Origin: Eledone cirrhosa
Lineage: Eukaryota
Length of the DNA: 64,000 nucleotides
Direction: 5' to 3'
Assembly (NCBI GenBank): GCA_964016885.1
Contig: OZ024749.1
Coordinates: 32,054,001-32,118,000, forward strand
Of this stretch, positions 15,517 to 28,523 are shown piece after piece. Each line of letters opens with the position of its first letter. Within the stretch, counting starts at the first letter, position 1. The notes under the pieces are model-generated. The model had not been told where the DNA came from. It saw only the letters and a list, made by a program, of their open reading frames with translations, and made no database searches. The translations under genes were made by a program, and so were the position numbers.

Positions 15517-15791
15517 AGTGAGAAAGGGGGAATGTGTATGTGTGTGTGAGAGAGACAGAGCGGGGGGGAATGTGTATGTGTGTGTGAGAGAGAGAGATGG
15601 AATGTGTGTGCGTGTGAGAGAGAGAGAGAAGGGGAATGTGTATATGTGCGTGTTTGTTTGTGTGTGTGTGTATGAGAGAGAGGGGGGTGTATGTGTGTGT
15701 TTGGGTGTGTGTGAGAGAGAGGGGGTGTATGTGCGTGTTTGTTTGTGTGTGTGTGAGAGAGAGAGAGAGGGGATGTATGTGTGTGTTTGGT

Positions 15792-15824
<33 letters not shown>

Positions 15825-16126
15825 GTGAACGTGTATGTGTGCGTGTTTGTTTGAGTGTGTGAGAGTGTTTATGTTTGTGTGTTTGTTTGTGTGTTTGTGT
15901 ATGTGTGTGAGAGAGAGAGAGACAGAGAGAGAGAGGGAATGTGTATTTGTGTGTGTGTGTGTGTGAGGGAGAGAGAGGGGGTGTGTGTGATGGCTGTAGC
16001 AATTTATTTGTGTCCTCAGCTGCGCTTTTTAGTTTTAGAGTGGTTAGAAATGTTCAATCTAACACTTGTATGTATAACTTTTCAATTCCAATTACTTGCG
16101 CCAAACTAACATTGATATATGAAATT

Positions 16127-16314
16127 GGCGGTGGATTGGCCGTATCAGTAGAGGGTCGGACCCCATGCTTTCCAGCATTATTACGTCCCTTTATGGTCTG
16201 AGTTCAAATCCCGCAGAGGTTAACTTTGCCTTTCATCCTTACGGGGTCGATAAAATAAAGTACCCGAAATACACTGGGATAATTGCTGGCCTTGTGCTAA
16301 AAGTAGAAACAATT
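16127..16314 (+). mobile_element. tRNA-derived SINE, dominant family of the window
   Basis: GGCGGTGGATTGGC..GTAGAG head, GAGTTCAAATCCC B box, GCCTTTCATCCTTACGGGGTCGATAAAATAAAGTACC centre, CCTTGTGC..AAAGTAGAAACAATT tail. More than 12 copies in window. Confidence 0.85.
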
Positions 16315-16624
16315 AATATGTAAAATTATGGGATATGCAGTGTATTCTAACTTTTTGTGTATGAGTGGCCCCACCAAAACCTGAAGTGCCCCAGCCCCGC
16401 AAAATCTAAATCTAACCCTGAATGGAAGAACCAATAGGAATATTGCTTCCTCAGTTCGATCTAACTTTCCTATAAGCAAAGTTAATTTGAAATACAAACA
16501 ATTTAAAAACGCATTAATCAATCGGTCAGACAACTAAATGATAATTTCCTGGAAAACAATGAACAGAGATTCTTAATTAATTGTTTACACCACCACCACC
16601 ACCACCACCACCACCACCACCACG

Positions 16625-16666
<42 letters not shown>

Positions 16667-16901
16667 CCATTTTAGGAAAATAAACGAAAATAGAGTAAAA
16701 ATATAATGCAATATTGAAATCTATAAATACAATATATTGATATATATATATCTGTGTGTGTGTGGGGGGGGGTCTGTGTGTGTGTGTGTGTGTGTATGTG
16801 TGTGTGTGTGTGTGTATCTGAAAAGATTCAGGACCCCGACAGCTGAGCTCCGGCCGTTTCGACGGCTAGATCCGAACTGGTATCTTACTACACTCTCCAG
16901 G

Positions 16902-17191
<290 letters not shown>

Positions 17192-17349
17192 GTATATATA
17201 TATATATATATATAATATATGTATATATATATATATATATATAATATATGTATATATATATATATATATATATAATATATGTATATATATATATATATAT
17301 ATATAATATATGTATATATATATATAATATATGTATATATATATATATA

Positions 17350-17455
<106 letters not shown>

Positions 17456-17496
17456 TTATATATATATGTATATATATTATATATATATATATATAC

Positions 17497-17631
<135 letters not shown>

Positions 17632-17656
17632 ATTATATATATATATATACATATAT

Positions 17657-17688
<32 letters not shown>

Positions 17689-17727
17689 TTATATATATAT
17701 ATATATATTATATATATATATATATAT

Positions 17728-17792
<65 letters not shown>

Positions 17793-17794
<2 letters not shown>

Positions 17795-18490
17795 CAAAAA
17801 CTCACACTCAGGGAAGCCGCTCAGCAGTATCGCAGTAAATCCACGGATGAAAAACTGCATGCGTATCAGCAAAAAATCATGCATGGATATGTTGCCAGGA
17901 AGCTCCAGAGGGAGAGTAATATAGATTAAGACAATAGTCTATCTTGGAACAACAACCGCTATATTGGCTCCCACTTTGGAGGTTACGCTTTTGCAATCCA
18001 AGAACAGGAAATTAACACGAAATACCTGATTCACAAAAGAGATAGGGATGCAGGCAAAACACCTAGATGTGATAACAAGTGCAGACTCTGCAGAATTAAC
18101 ATAGAAGATGTCACCCATGTCATAAGCAGCAGTCCAAAGATGTCATCGCAGTACTATCTACCTATGAGGCATGATGTAGTGGCCACAACACTGTACAACG
18201 CAATCCGTAGAAAAGATAGCCCCGATAATAAACACATTAAAAGTTACAGCAATGTGGAAGAAATACATATACATAATATAAAAGAGCACTGGTGGAATGT
18301 TCCAATAAAAACCCCAATAAATTGCAGGCATAACAGACCAGATATTATGATATGGGACAGGGAAAAGAAGGCATGCACAGTAATGGAAGTTAGCTACCCA
18401 GCAGCTGCCAATATAATATCAAAGATTAGCGAAAAGGAGAATATTTATGCAGAACTAATGAGAAATTTGCAGATACTCCACCCTAGTTAT
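17793..18490 (+). pseudogene. Non-LTR retrotransposon fragment, R4/Dong-like zinc knuckle + restriction-like endonuclease
   Basis: In-frame HG...AIQEQEINTKY...KCRLCRINIEDVTHVISS...RHDVVA...WWNVPI...HNRPDIMIWD...MEVSYP...EKENIY. One internal stop near 17927. Sits in (TA)n. Confidence 0.85.
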
Positions 18491-18634
18491 GCTAGAAACC
18501 GACTTTCTCTCTTTGGCAAAAAATTGTGAAATTATAAAACCAGAAGAACATACATACATACATACATTGATATATATTTATAAGTATCTTTCTGTGTCTC
18601 ACACATAAACACACAAACGCACACACAAAGAAAG

Positions 18635-18716
<82 letters not shown>

Positions 18717-18717
18717 C

Positions 18718-18826
<109 letters not shown>

Positions 18827-18968
18827 GAAATAGATATGGTTTTATAAATATAGTTTCCATTTATTTAATATTGTAAATATACTCCAAATATTTGTCGAGT
18901 GCTTTTATATCAGTTATAAATATTTACTAGTTGTAACCCAACAATTTAAATATAACTTTCCATATGTA

Positions 18969-19067
<99 letters not shown>

Positions 19068-19090
19068 ATATACATATATATGTGTGTATA

Positions 19091-19686
19091 GTTGGTGCTA
19101 CTGGTAACATGTATCCCAGTACAACCTGTCTCATGGTCGGGTCGTTGGCGACTAAACTGGCAACCCCACCAAGGTTTCTTGGTGAGGAGGGTGACTTTGG
19201 ACATCCTGCAGGACTAAAAACAAAACCTGTCAAAGGGCAAAGTAGCTCTTAAGAGTCAATGGCCATCCAAAATCACCGGGAGAGATGACCCCTTAGCCTT
19301 TGTCAAGGCAGAATTCTAGGAGAAGGAAAACTCTGATATAACACCTGCAACCCTGATGGTATCCAATGATGTTGACTTGTTCTTCTTTTTGGTAAATATC
19401 ATCTTGGTTAAGAGAGTGGGACTGGCTTTGTGCAGTGCCTTTGCTCACTATAAAAGCTTCACGGCACAGGCATTGCTTTATATCTGGAGATCTCTCTGCA
19501 CTTGTCGTCACATGGTACCAAGGGCAAAGCACTGTGTCGATAATTGTCACAAGTGTAGTGTTTGTGCCAGAGTTTTCAAGTCGCTGGCTGGACTAAAAAG
19601 TCACATTCATTCAGCGCATCGGTAGGGGTTCTCCTACATGGATATAAAGTAGTGGCCATACTCGAAAACGAGTTGGCAGCCACCAT
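19091..19686 (+). mobile_element. Full-length (~600 bp) non-autonomous RTE-derived element
   Basis: 5' part has RTE-like UTR motif CTAGGAGAAGGAAAACTCTGAT. 3' part encodes C2H2-type [22 protein letters not shown] as at RTE ORF C-termini. No RT. 4 highly similar copies. Confidence 0.75.
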
Positions 19687-19856
19687 ATGTATATATATGG
19701 ATATATATGGATATATATATATATATATGCGTATACATATATATATATATATGTGTATATATATGTATATATATATATGCGTATACATATATATATATAT
19801 ATATGTGTATATATATGTATATACATATATGCATACATATATATATATATACTTAT

Positions 19857-19892
<36 letters not shown>

Positions 19893-20345
19893 GTTTTGTC
19901 TCTCCTCTCTTACTCCTGGAAAGCGTTTGGTTTATGTCAGACGCTGTGACACCAAGTCGACTAGCAGTAACGTTGGTAGGGGTCGGAACTGCCAAAGTCC
20001 ATTTCAACGGCATGTGACCCTAGAGTTCTGTGTCCCTCGTTTGTTGTATGTTTATTTCTAAAAATAATTTTTAAGGTTTCTCCTTAAAATATTGTTTTTT
20101 TCGTTTTGCCGTTTCCGGTTGTTGTTCGCTATTCTCAATTATCAATCGTGAAAAATCGAATTCAAAGACAGAGAGATAAATTACAACGTTACTGGCTTAC
20201 TGATTACGGAACTATTAAAGGACAACCCTACGATTGACCTACTGAAGTAAACATCTTGTTGAGTCAACCATCACTGTATGCTGAAACTCTTCTTTATATG
20301 CTACTCTAACCCTGAACTAAGGAAACCGATAACGATATCTACTAT

Positions 20346-20411
<66 letters not shown>

Positions 20412-20483
20412 TGAAATTTCCGTTGGAAACAGAAAAGGTCATAGAAATGAAGAGTGCTCTATGTAAGTATCAGAGCAAAATTT

Positions 20484-20654
20484 AATATATAAAAATCAAT
20501 ACAATATAATTACCTCATTACCAGAGGTTTCCCGAATGAGGCGAATACGAAATAAACGACTTCATTCGTTCGTCAGACGAGGCAATTGCGTATTCGCCTC
20601 ATTCGGGAAACCTCTGGTAATGAGGTAATTATATTGTATTGATTTTTATATATT
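20484..20654. mobile_element. Fold-back element with degenerate hammerhead
   Basis: ~62-bp perfect arms. Spacer plus right arm read TCGT-CAGACGA-GGC...-GAAA-CCTCTGG-TA-ATGA. Confidence 0.75.
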
Positions 20655-20720
20655 ATATATATATATATACCAGAAATAATAACAGAACACACTCACTGTT
20701 TGGTTTGGGTTGGTTTTCGC

Positions 20721-20764
<44 letters not shown>

Positions 20765-21387
20765 GAATACATACATGCAGGTCAGATAAAATCACAATGT
20801 AAATTTCTTTCGTGAATATTTATTAGAAAATATTTCGTGAATATTCATTACAGTATATTTCGTGAATCCATTTACTGAATACAAAATGTTTGAATTTGTA
20901 AATAGTTATAAAGCCAAGGTTTTGTTACGGACAGATGAGATCGATTGGTGAACGAAAGATATAATCTTAGCCGCTATGTGTTTGTTTTTTTTACATCTGT
21001 GAATCTAAAATAGTAAAGGAAAAAATAGAAAGCGTTCTTAAATCTCGATGGAAGCGTAGAGGCGCCTTCCTGACATTTTAAAACAACAGGATAGAATCAC
21101 TATTGGAGTGGGTGAGTACAAACAAAAAGAGCGTCAAGGAATTGCAAAGAATGACTCAGACATACGAAACAGCGGCTGCTAGGAATGTTTGATACATTTA
21201 CACATTTTTTAATATTGGTTTCTGATTTAGGCGCAATCCCAGCAATTTGGGAAGTCGATTAAATCAACCCCAGTGCATTATTGCTACTTTATGTTATCGA
21301 CCCCGTAAGGATAAAAGGCAAAGCTAACCTCGCCGAGATTGCAAGGGTTCCACAAGGATAAAACGGTTGAAACACGTTAGACTAGAG

Positions 21388-21680
21388 CAACCATGGGCAA
21401 CCTGTGGCCCGTGAAGGCTTCTGAATGGCTCGCCTAAGTTACATAAGTGAAATCTTTCTGATTTTTATTACCCCGACTTTTCAGTCGTAATTTATCTTTC
21501 TATCATTTTTACGATCCTGGAAAACAACGTGTACGAATTCTGAAGAAACAAATCAAAACAACCTGAGTTAAAGCCCTTTTCTTTTAATGTAGGTACGAAT
21601 GTAAATTAGAGCTTGTGGCCATCCTGATGATGAACCATATCTTATGCGACCTGCTTCTCAAGAAAGGTTTCCCATGCTTG
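21388..21680. mobile_element. hAT (Charlie-like) MITE
   Basis: TIRs CAACCATGGGCAACCT / AGGTTTCCCATGCTTG. Perfect 8-bp TSD GACTAGAG at 21380-21387 and 21681-21688. Confidence 0.85.
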
Positions 21681-21968
21681 GACTAGAGTTTCTGCACATC
21701 CACCAATAATTCCCCCACCTCTAACACTATTACTAGTTAATAAAGATTTTAACACTCTGTTATATTTGGGGAGGTTCATGTTGTCCTAATATTGCCAAGA
21801 AAATAGTAAAACACACTCACTGTTTGGTTTCGTTTACGTTTCAGTATATTGATATATTTTTATAAATAATTTAACTGACAATCAATATTTTTCATTGATT
21901 AACTAACAGTTAAAAATAAAAATATAAATATAAATATAATTTATCAAAGTTCTTTCGTCACATATTTC

Positions 21969-22721
21969 TGTAAAGGTAACAGAGCTCTACCCTTTCGTGA
22001 CACTTGTCGCAGCAGTCCTACCTCCCTTGTAAAGGTAACAGAGCTCTACCCTTTCGTGACACTTGTCGCAGCAGTCCTACCTCCCTTGTAAAGGTAACAG
22101 AGCTCTACCCTTTCGTGACACTTATCGCAGCAGTCCTACCTCCCTTGTAAAGGTAACAGAGCTCTACCCTTTCGTGACACTTGTCGCAGCAGTCCTACCT
22201 CCCTTGTAAAGGTAACAGAGCTCTACCCTTTCGTGACACTTATCGCAGCAGTCCTACCTCCCTTATAAAGGTAACAGAGCTCTACCCTTTCGTGACACTT
22301 ATCGCAGCAGTCCTACCTCCCTTGTAAAGGTAACAGAGCTCTACCCTTTCGTGACACTTATCGCAGCAGTCCTACCTCCCTTGTAAAGGTAACAGAGCTC
22401 TACCCTTTCGTGACACTTATCGCAGCAGTCCTACCTCCCTTGTAAAGGTAACAGAGCTCTACCCTTTCGTGACACTTGTCGCAGCAGTCCTACCTCCCTT
22501 GTAAAGGTAACAGAGCTCTACCCTTTCATGACACTTATCGCAGCAGTCCTACCTCCCTTGTAAAGGAAACAGAGTTCTACCATTTTGTGACACTTATCGC
22601 AGCAGTCTTACCTCCCTTGTAAAGGTAACAGAGCTCTACCCTTTCGTGACACTTATCGCAGCAGTCCTACCTCCCTTGTAAAGGTAACACCTCTACCATT
22701 TTGTGACACTTATTGCAGCAG
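21969..22721. repeat. 59-bp minisatellite, ~12.7 near-identical copies
   Basis: Unit TGTAAAGGTAACAGAGCTCTACCCTTTCGTGACACTT(A/G)TCGCAGCAGTCCTACCTCCCT. Confidence 0.95.
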
Positions 22722-23019
22722 TTATTATCGCTGTTTCCTCCATTTGTATTTCTATAATAGATCGCCACCACATTTTAACATTCTATTTCACATTAAAGTT
22801 TATAGAGTCATTCAACAGAGCTTTCTTTATCTAGAATGTTAAATTAGCATTTGTGAAGAAAGTCTTCACTAATTATTTACTACGGTGTAACGATAAAGAA
22901 AATACCAAACAAAAAAGTCAATGTTTTAACCTAAATATTTATTAGTTTCTACAGTTACACTGTATAACTCGTAACATATATTTGGTTGACTTATCTAATT
23001 TTGTTGTCGTAATTAGTAC

Positions 23020-24305
23020 GTAGGTGGTGGTTGTATGGTGGTGGTGGTGGTGGTGGTTTTGTGATGGTACTGTGGTGGTGATGGTGGTGGTTTTGTGATC
23101 CTATTGTGGTGGTGGTGGTGGTGGTGGTGGTGGTGGTGGTGGTGGTTTTGTGATGGTATTGCGGTGGTGGTGGTAGGTGGTGGTGGTATGGTGATTTTGA
23201 TAATGGTATTGTGGTGGTGGTGGTGGTGGATTAGTGATGGTGGTAGGTGGTGGTGGTGATGGTGATGATGGTAGTGGTTTTGTGATCGTATTGTGGTGGT
23301 GGTGGTGGTCGTCGTCGTCGTCGTGGTAGTTTGGTGGTGGTGGTGGTGGTAGTTGTGTGATGGTATTGTGGTGGTGGTGGTGGCTGCGTGGTTGTATTTT
23401 GGTGGTGGTGGTGGTGGTGGTGGTGGTGGTGGTGGTAGTTGTGTGATGGTATTGTTGTTGTGGTGGTGGTGATAGTGGTGATGGTGGTGTTGGTGGTTGT
23501 CGTGGATAGTATGTATGTGGTGATTGCATCGTAGTAGTTGTAGTGGTTGTTGTTGTCTGCTGCTGCTGCTGCTGCTGGTGGTAGTGGTGGTGGTTGTGTC
23601 TTGGTGGTCGTGATGGTGGTGATGGTGGTGATGATGGTGGTGGTGTGGTGGTTGTCGAGGTCGTCGTCGTCGTCGGGTCGTTGTAGTATTGGCGGTGGTC
23701 GTGGTGGTGGTTGTTGTGTGGTAGTGGTGGTGGTGGTTGTAGTGGTTAGTATGTAGGTGCTGGTTTTGTCGTGGTGGTTACTGTGTGGTGATGGTGGTGG
23801 GGGTTGTGGTTGTGGTAGTGGTGGTGGGTGTTGGTTGTAGTCGAGGTGATTGTGGTGTGGTAGTGGTCGTCGTCGTCGTGTTATTGTAGTCGTAGCGGTG
23901 GTCATGGTGATGGTGGTGGTTGTTTGGTGATGGTGGTGCTTGTTGTTGTGTCGTGGTGATGGTGATGGTGGTGGTTGTGATGTTTGTTGTTGTGTCGTGG
24001 TGGTGGTGGTGATGGTGGTGGTTGTGTGTTGTGATGGTGGTGCTTGTCGTTGTGTTGTGGTGATGGTGGTGGTGGTGGTTGTGGTGTTTATTGTTGTGTC
24101 GTGGTGATGGAGGTGATGGTGGTGGTAGCTGTGTGTTGTGATGGTGGTGCTTGTCGTTGTTTTGTGGTGGTGGTGGTGGTTGTGGTGTTTGCTGTTGTGT
24201 CGTGGTGATGGAGGTGGTTGTGGTGGTGGTGGTTGTGTGTTGTGATGGTGGTGGTGGAGGTTGTGGTGTTTATTGTTGTGTCGTGGTGGTCGTACTGATG
24301 CTGGT
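23020..24305. repeat. Degenerate (GGT/GTT/GAT)n triplet low-complexity tract
   Basis: Direct reading. ORFs here are Pro/Thr/His/Val homopolymers. Confidence 0.9.
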
Positions 24306-24846
24306 ATTGGGTGAGGTAGTTTTGCAAATCATTCCTTTTTCATTTGTTTGTGTCATTTTTTTTTTTTTTTCGTGTTTGAGGTCCATTTACTGAAACCCTA
24401 AGAACGGCTCCAATGGTTCTGTCATTCCTTGTTGATGACTTTGGCGACGTGAAGTCATCACTCAAACAACAACAACACCAACAAACAACTAACAACAAAA
24501 ACAAGAAAAACAACAAGCGCAACAATACAGACCAATATCTTGACGGACACAAGAACGGATTCTGTCTTTATTTCTTGATTTATATATTTATAAATTATTT
24601 CTCAAATATAACTTTTTTTTTTTAAATTCCCCAAATACATGACAGGACACAATATAGAACAGGAATAATTTTTTTGTGAAAAGCCATCATGAAATAATTA
24701 TTAATAATTATTTTTTTTAAATAATATTTGTTTTTAAAAAATAATATTGAAATAAAAATTAAAAAATTAAAATTAAGAATAAAAAATAAAAATAATTTTA
24801 AATAAAGGCATCCAAAATTTCTCAGGATTAAAATATGATAGTAATA

Positions 24847-25270
24847 ATAATTGTTCCTACTTTTAGCACAAGGCAATCAATTACCCCAGTACATTACTGG
24901 TACTTTATTTTATCAACCCCCGTAAGGATGAAAGGCAAAGTTAACCTCGGTGGGATTTGAACTCAGACTCTATGCTGCAAATCAAAGTGTCTGACACTCA
25001 ACCGACACTGCCAATCCAACGCCAATCGACCCCAGTGCATTACAGGTAAAGTACCAGTAATGCACTGGTACTTTACCTACTTTCCCCTCCTTCCGCTAAA
25101 AATTGGTGGCCTTGTGCCTAAATCAGAAGCCTTATTCTTCAATAATAATAATAACTGTTTCTGCTTTTGGCACAAGGCCAGCAATTACCCCTGTGTATTA
25201 CTGGTACTTTATTTTATCGATCACCGTAAGGATGAAAGGCAAAGTTAACCTCGGCGGGATTTGAACTCAG
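24847..25270 (-). mobile_element. Cluster of SINE copies/fragments (dominant family)
   Basis: Reverse-complement SINE bodies at ~24847-25025 and ~25146-25270, with a plus-strand tail between them. Confidence 0.75.
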
Positions 25271-25431
25271 TAATAATAATAATAGTGTCTGGTAATGATG
25301 ATGATGATGACGATGATGATGATGATGATGATAACAATGACGATGATGATAAAGAGAGAGAGAGAAATATCTCATTCAAATAATAACATTTGACCGAGTT
25401 TGCCTCACAATAATGTAATTAGTTGACAACA

Positions 25432-25492
<61 letters not shown>

Positions 25493-25643
25493 ATATATAT
25501 ATAAGTATATATATATGCGTGCGTATGCTTGTATGTGTGTTTGTGTGTGTGTATGTATGTGTATGTACATACACACAAACACACATACAAGCATACACAC
25601 ACGCATACATATATATATAATATATATATATATACATATATAT

Positions 25644-25692
<49 letters not shown>

Positions 25693-25729
25693 ATTGAACT
25701 CAGTAATAATAATAATAGTGTACACACAT

Positions 25730-25776
<47 letters not shown>

Positions 25777-25782
25777 ACATAC

Positions 25783-25830
<48 letters not shown>

Positions 25831-26296
25831 ATATATATGTGTGTGTGTATGCTTGTATGTGTGTTTGTGTGTGTGTTTTTGCCTGTTTGTGTGTATGTAT
25901 GTGTATGTGTGTTTGTGTGTGTCTGTGTCTGTCTGTGGGTGTGTATGTATATGTGTGCTTGTGTGTGTATGTGTGTGTTTGTAATATATATAGAGAGAGA
26001 GAAAGAGAGATTGAAGAGGGGGTTAAGTAAGAGGGGAGAAATTAGAGACTGTTGCGTAGATAAATGAATGCATATGCGTGTATATTTGTGTGTATGTGCC
26101 TATGTGCGTATGTGCGTACGTGCTTGTGTACATATGCATGTATGCATCACTTTGTGTTGCATGTGTGTGTGTTTGTGTACATGCATGTATGTGTATGCGG
26201 GAGGTGTAAGTGTATGTATAAAATTGAAATATTTTCTGAGTGCTTTTGGATCAAATTACCAAAAGAAATGAAATTTAATTGAAATGTGATTGATAG

Positions 26297-27580
26297 AGTG
26301 AACATATTGATCTTTCTGGCTAACTATATCTCAATATATTACTGGTATGGACTATGTAGCTGGCAGAATGCGTACATTGATCTTTCTGGCTAACTATATC
26401 TCAATATATTACTGGTATGGACTATGTAGCTGGCAGAATGCGTACATTGATCTTTCTGGCTAACTATATCTCAATATATTACTGGCATGGACTATGTAGC
26501 TGGCAGAATGCGTACATTGATCTTTCTGGCTAACTATATCTCAATATATTACTGGTATGGACTATGTAGCTGGCAGAATGCGTACATTGATCTTTCTGGC
26601 TAACTATATCTCAATATATTACTGGTATGGACTATGTAGCTGGCAGAATGCGTACATTGATCTTTCTGGCTAACTATATCTCAATATATTACTGGTATGG
26701 ACTATGTAGCTGGCAGAATGCGTACATTGATCTTTCTGGCTAACTATATCTCAATATATTACTGGTATGGACTATGTAGCTGGCAGAATGCGTACATTGA
26801 TCTTTCTGGCTAACTATATCTCAATGTATTACTGGTACGGGCCATGTAGCTGGCAGAGTGAATGTATTAACCTTTGTAGATAATAATTGTTTCTACTTTA
26901 GGCACAAGGCTAGCAATCACCCAGTGCATTACTGGTACTTTATTTTATCGACCCCGTAAGGATGAAAGGCAAAGTCAACCTCGGCGGGATTTGAACTCAG
27001 ATCATAAAGGGACGTAACTATGCTGGAAAGCATGGCGTCCGACCCTCTACCTTTGTAGATAATAATGCTCTAATGTATTACTGGTACCAGTCATGTGGCT
27101 AACGGAGTGAATATACTAATGCTGTTAGCTATGGACCAATGTATTACTGGTAGAAGTCATGTAGCTGACAGAGTATATATATTGATGTTTCTAGCTAACT
27201 ATGTCCCAATATATTACTGGTACTCACCAGGTAACTAGAAGAGTAAATATATTAATGATTCTAACTACGTACAATGTATTACTGGTATTCGTCAGGTAGC
27301 TCGCAGGGTGTATATATTAATGTTTCTAACTATGTCCCATTGTATTACTGGTAGAAGGCATGTGGCTCACAGCGTGAATATATTACTGGTGTTAGCTAAC
27401 CATGCCTCAATATATTACTGATATTTACCATGTAACTAGAAGAGTGACTATATTGATGTTTCTGGCTTTGTCCCAAAATATTACTGGTACTCGCTATATA
27501 GCTGGCTGGGTGACTATATTGATATTTCTAGCTAACTGTGCCACAAAATATTACTGGTATCCGCCATGTATTCAAGACAC
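26297..27580. repeat. 70-bp minisatellite: ~8 homogeneous units (26297-26870) followed by diverged units (27067-27580)
   Basis: ACTGGTATGGACTATGTAGC recurs at 26341, 26411 ... 26831. TATTACTGGTA-anchored degenerate units continue after the SINE. Confidence 0.9.
26888..27048 (-). mobile_element. 5'-truncated SINE with 18-bp target-site duplication
   Basis: ACCTTTGTAGATAATAAT at 26870-26887 and 27049-27066. Confidence 0.9.
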
Positions 27581-27963
27581 CTATTTCACTGAGTAGTCAA
27601 TGTGACAATGAGTAACAAAGTATTACTGGTAAAATATTTGTTCGTACATTCTAACAACTCTGTTATCTCTCACTATCTCATAATTTATGTATCAATCACA
27701 TAAAAAATATCTTATGAAAATACACTTAACGACCACAAACAATATCCTGTGAAAATACACTTAAAGACCACAAACAAATAACTGTTTTTATCGTAAATTT
27801 CGCAAACGGTCAGCAATTTAAAGGGAAGTGGGGGAAAGTCGGGCAAATTGACCTTAGAGCGTTACTGGTACTTTACTGTATCTATCCTGTAAGGATGAAA
27901 GGTGAAGTTGAAATCGATGTGATTTGAACTCAGAACTTATAAGAACCGGTACAAATATACTGT

Positions 27964-28123
27964 GAAGAAGAAGGAGAAGAAGAAGAAGAAGAAGAAGAAG
28001 AAGAAGAAGAAGAAGAAGAAGAAGAAGAAGAAGAAGAAGAAGAAGAAGAAGAAGAAGAAGAAGAAGAAGAAGAAGAAGAAGAAGAAGAAGAAGAAGAAGA
28101 AGAAGAAGAAGAAGAAGAAGAAG
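27964..28123. repeat. (GAA)n microsatellite
   Basis: ~53 near-perfect GAA units. Confidence 0.95.
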
Positions 28124-28331
28124 ACTGCCCCAATAATGGTAAATGGTAGATTCAAGGTGTTATTGGTTTCAGCGCTAAAGTGGCAGCATGACATTCTGTT
28201 CTGACAGAAAAAGGAATGTTCTGATAGAAGATGTTGCCAGAGGGAAGAATTTCTCAGAACTTCTAAGAAGAATGAAGATTGTGGCTATGAAAACATGATT
28301 GTTTATTGATGTAAACAATGATAACGTTGAA

Positions 28332-28362
<31 letters not shown>

Positions 28363-28523
28363 CAGTATTTACGTATCGGGAGAGAGAAAAGAAGGGGAGG
28401 ATAGGTGATACATATAGTTACTTGCCGAGTAGCGTATGCCAAAGGTGCTCTATACTAGTGCCGGCAGTATTAAATATTCGAAGTGTTAATATTTAGTGGG
28501 CTAGAGAGTTAGCAGAGCGTAAG

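Noticed and set aside
16127-16314. tRNA gene
   Set aside because: A/B boxes present but no cloverleaf; it is a SINE head.
21969-22721. CRISPR-like regular array
   Set aside because: Units are contiguous with no unique spacers, no cas genes, eukaryotic context: minisatellite.
23020-24330. Pro/Thr/His-rich mucin- or extensin-like ORFs
   Set aside because: Triplet low complexity in all frames, no convincing splice or domain signal.
24380-24560. Unique-looking island with small hairpin, possible exon
   Set aside because: Acceptors on either strand would be GAG, no clear donor, no recognisable peptide.
26297-26870. Second CRISPR-like array
   Set aside because: Contiguous 70-bp tandem units without spacers.
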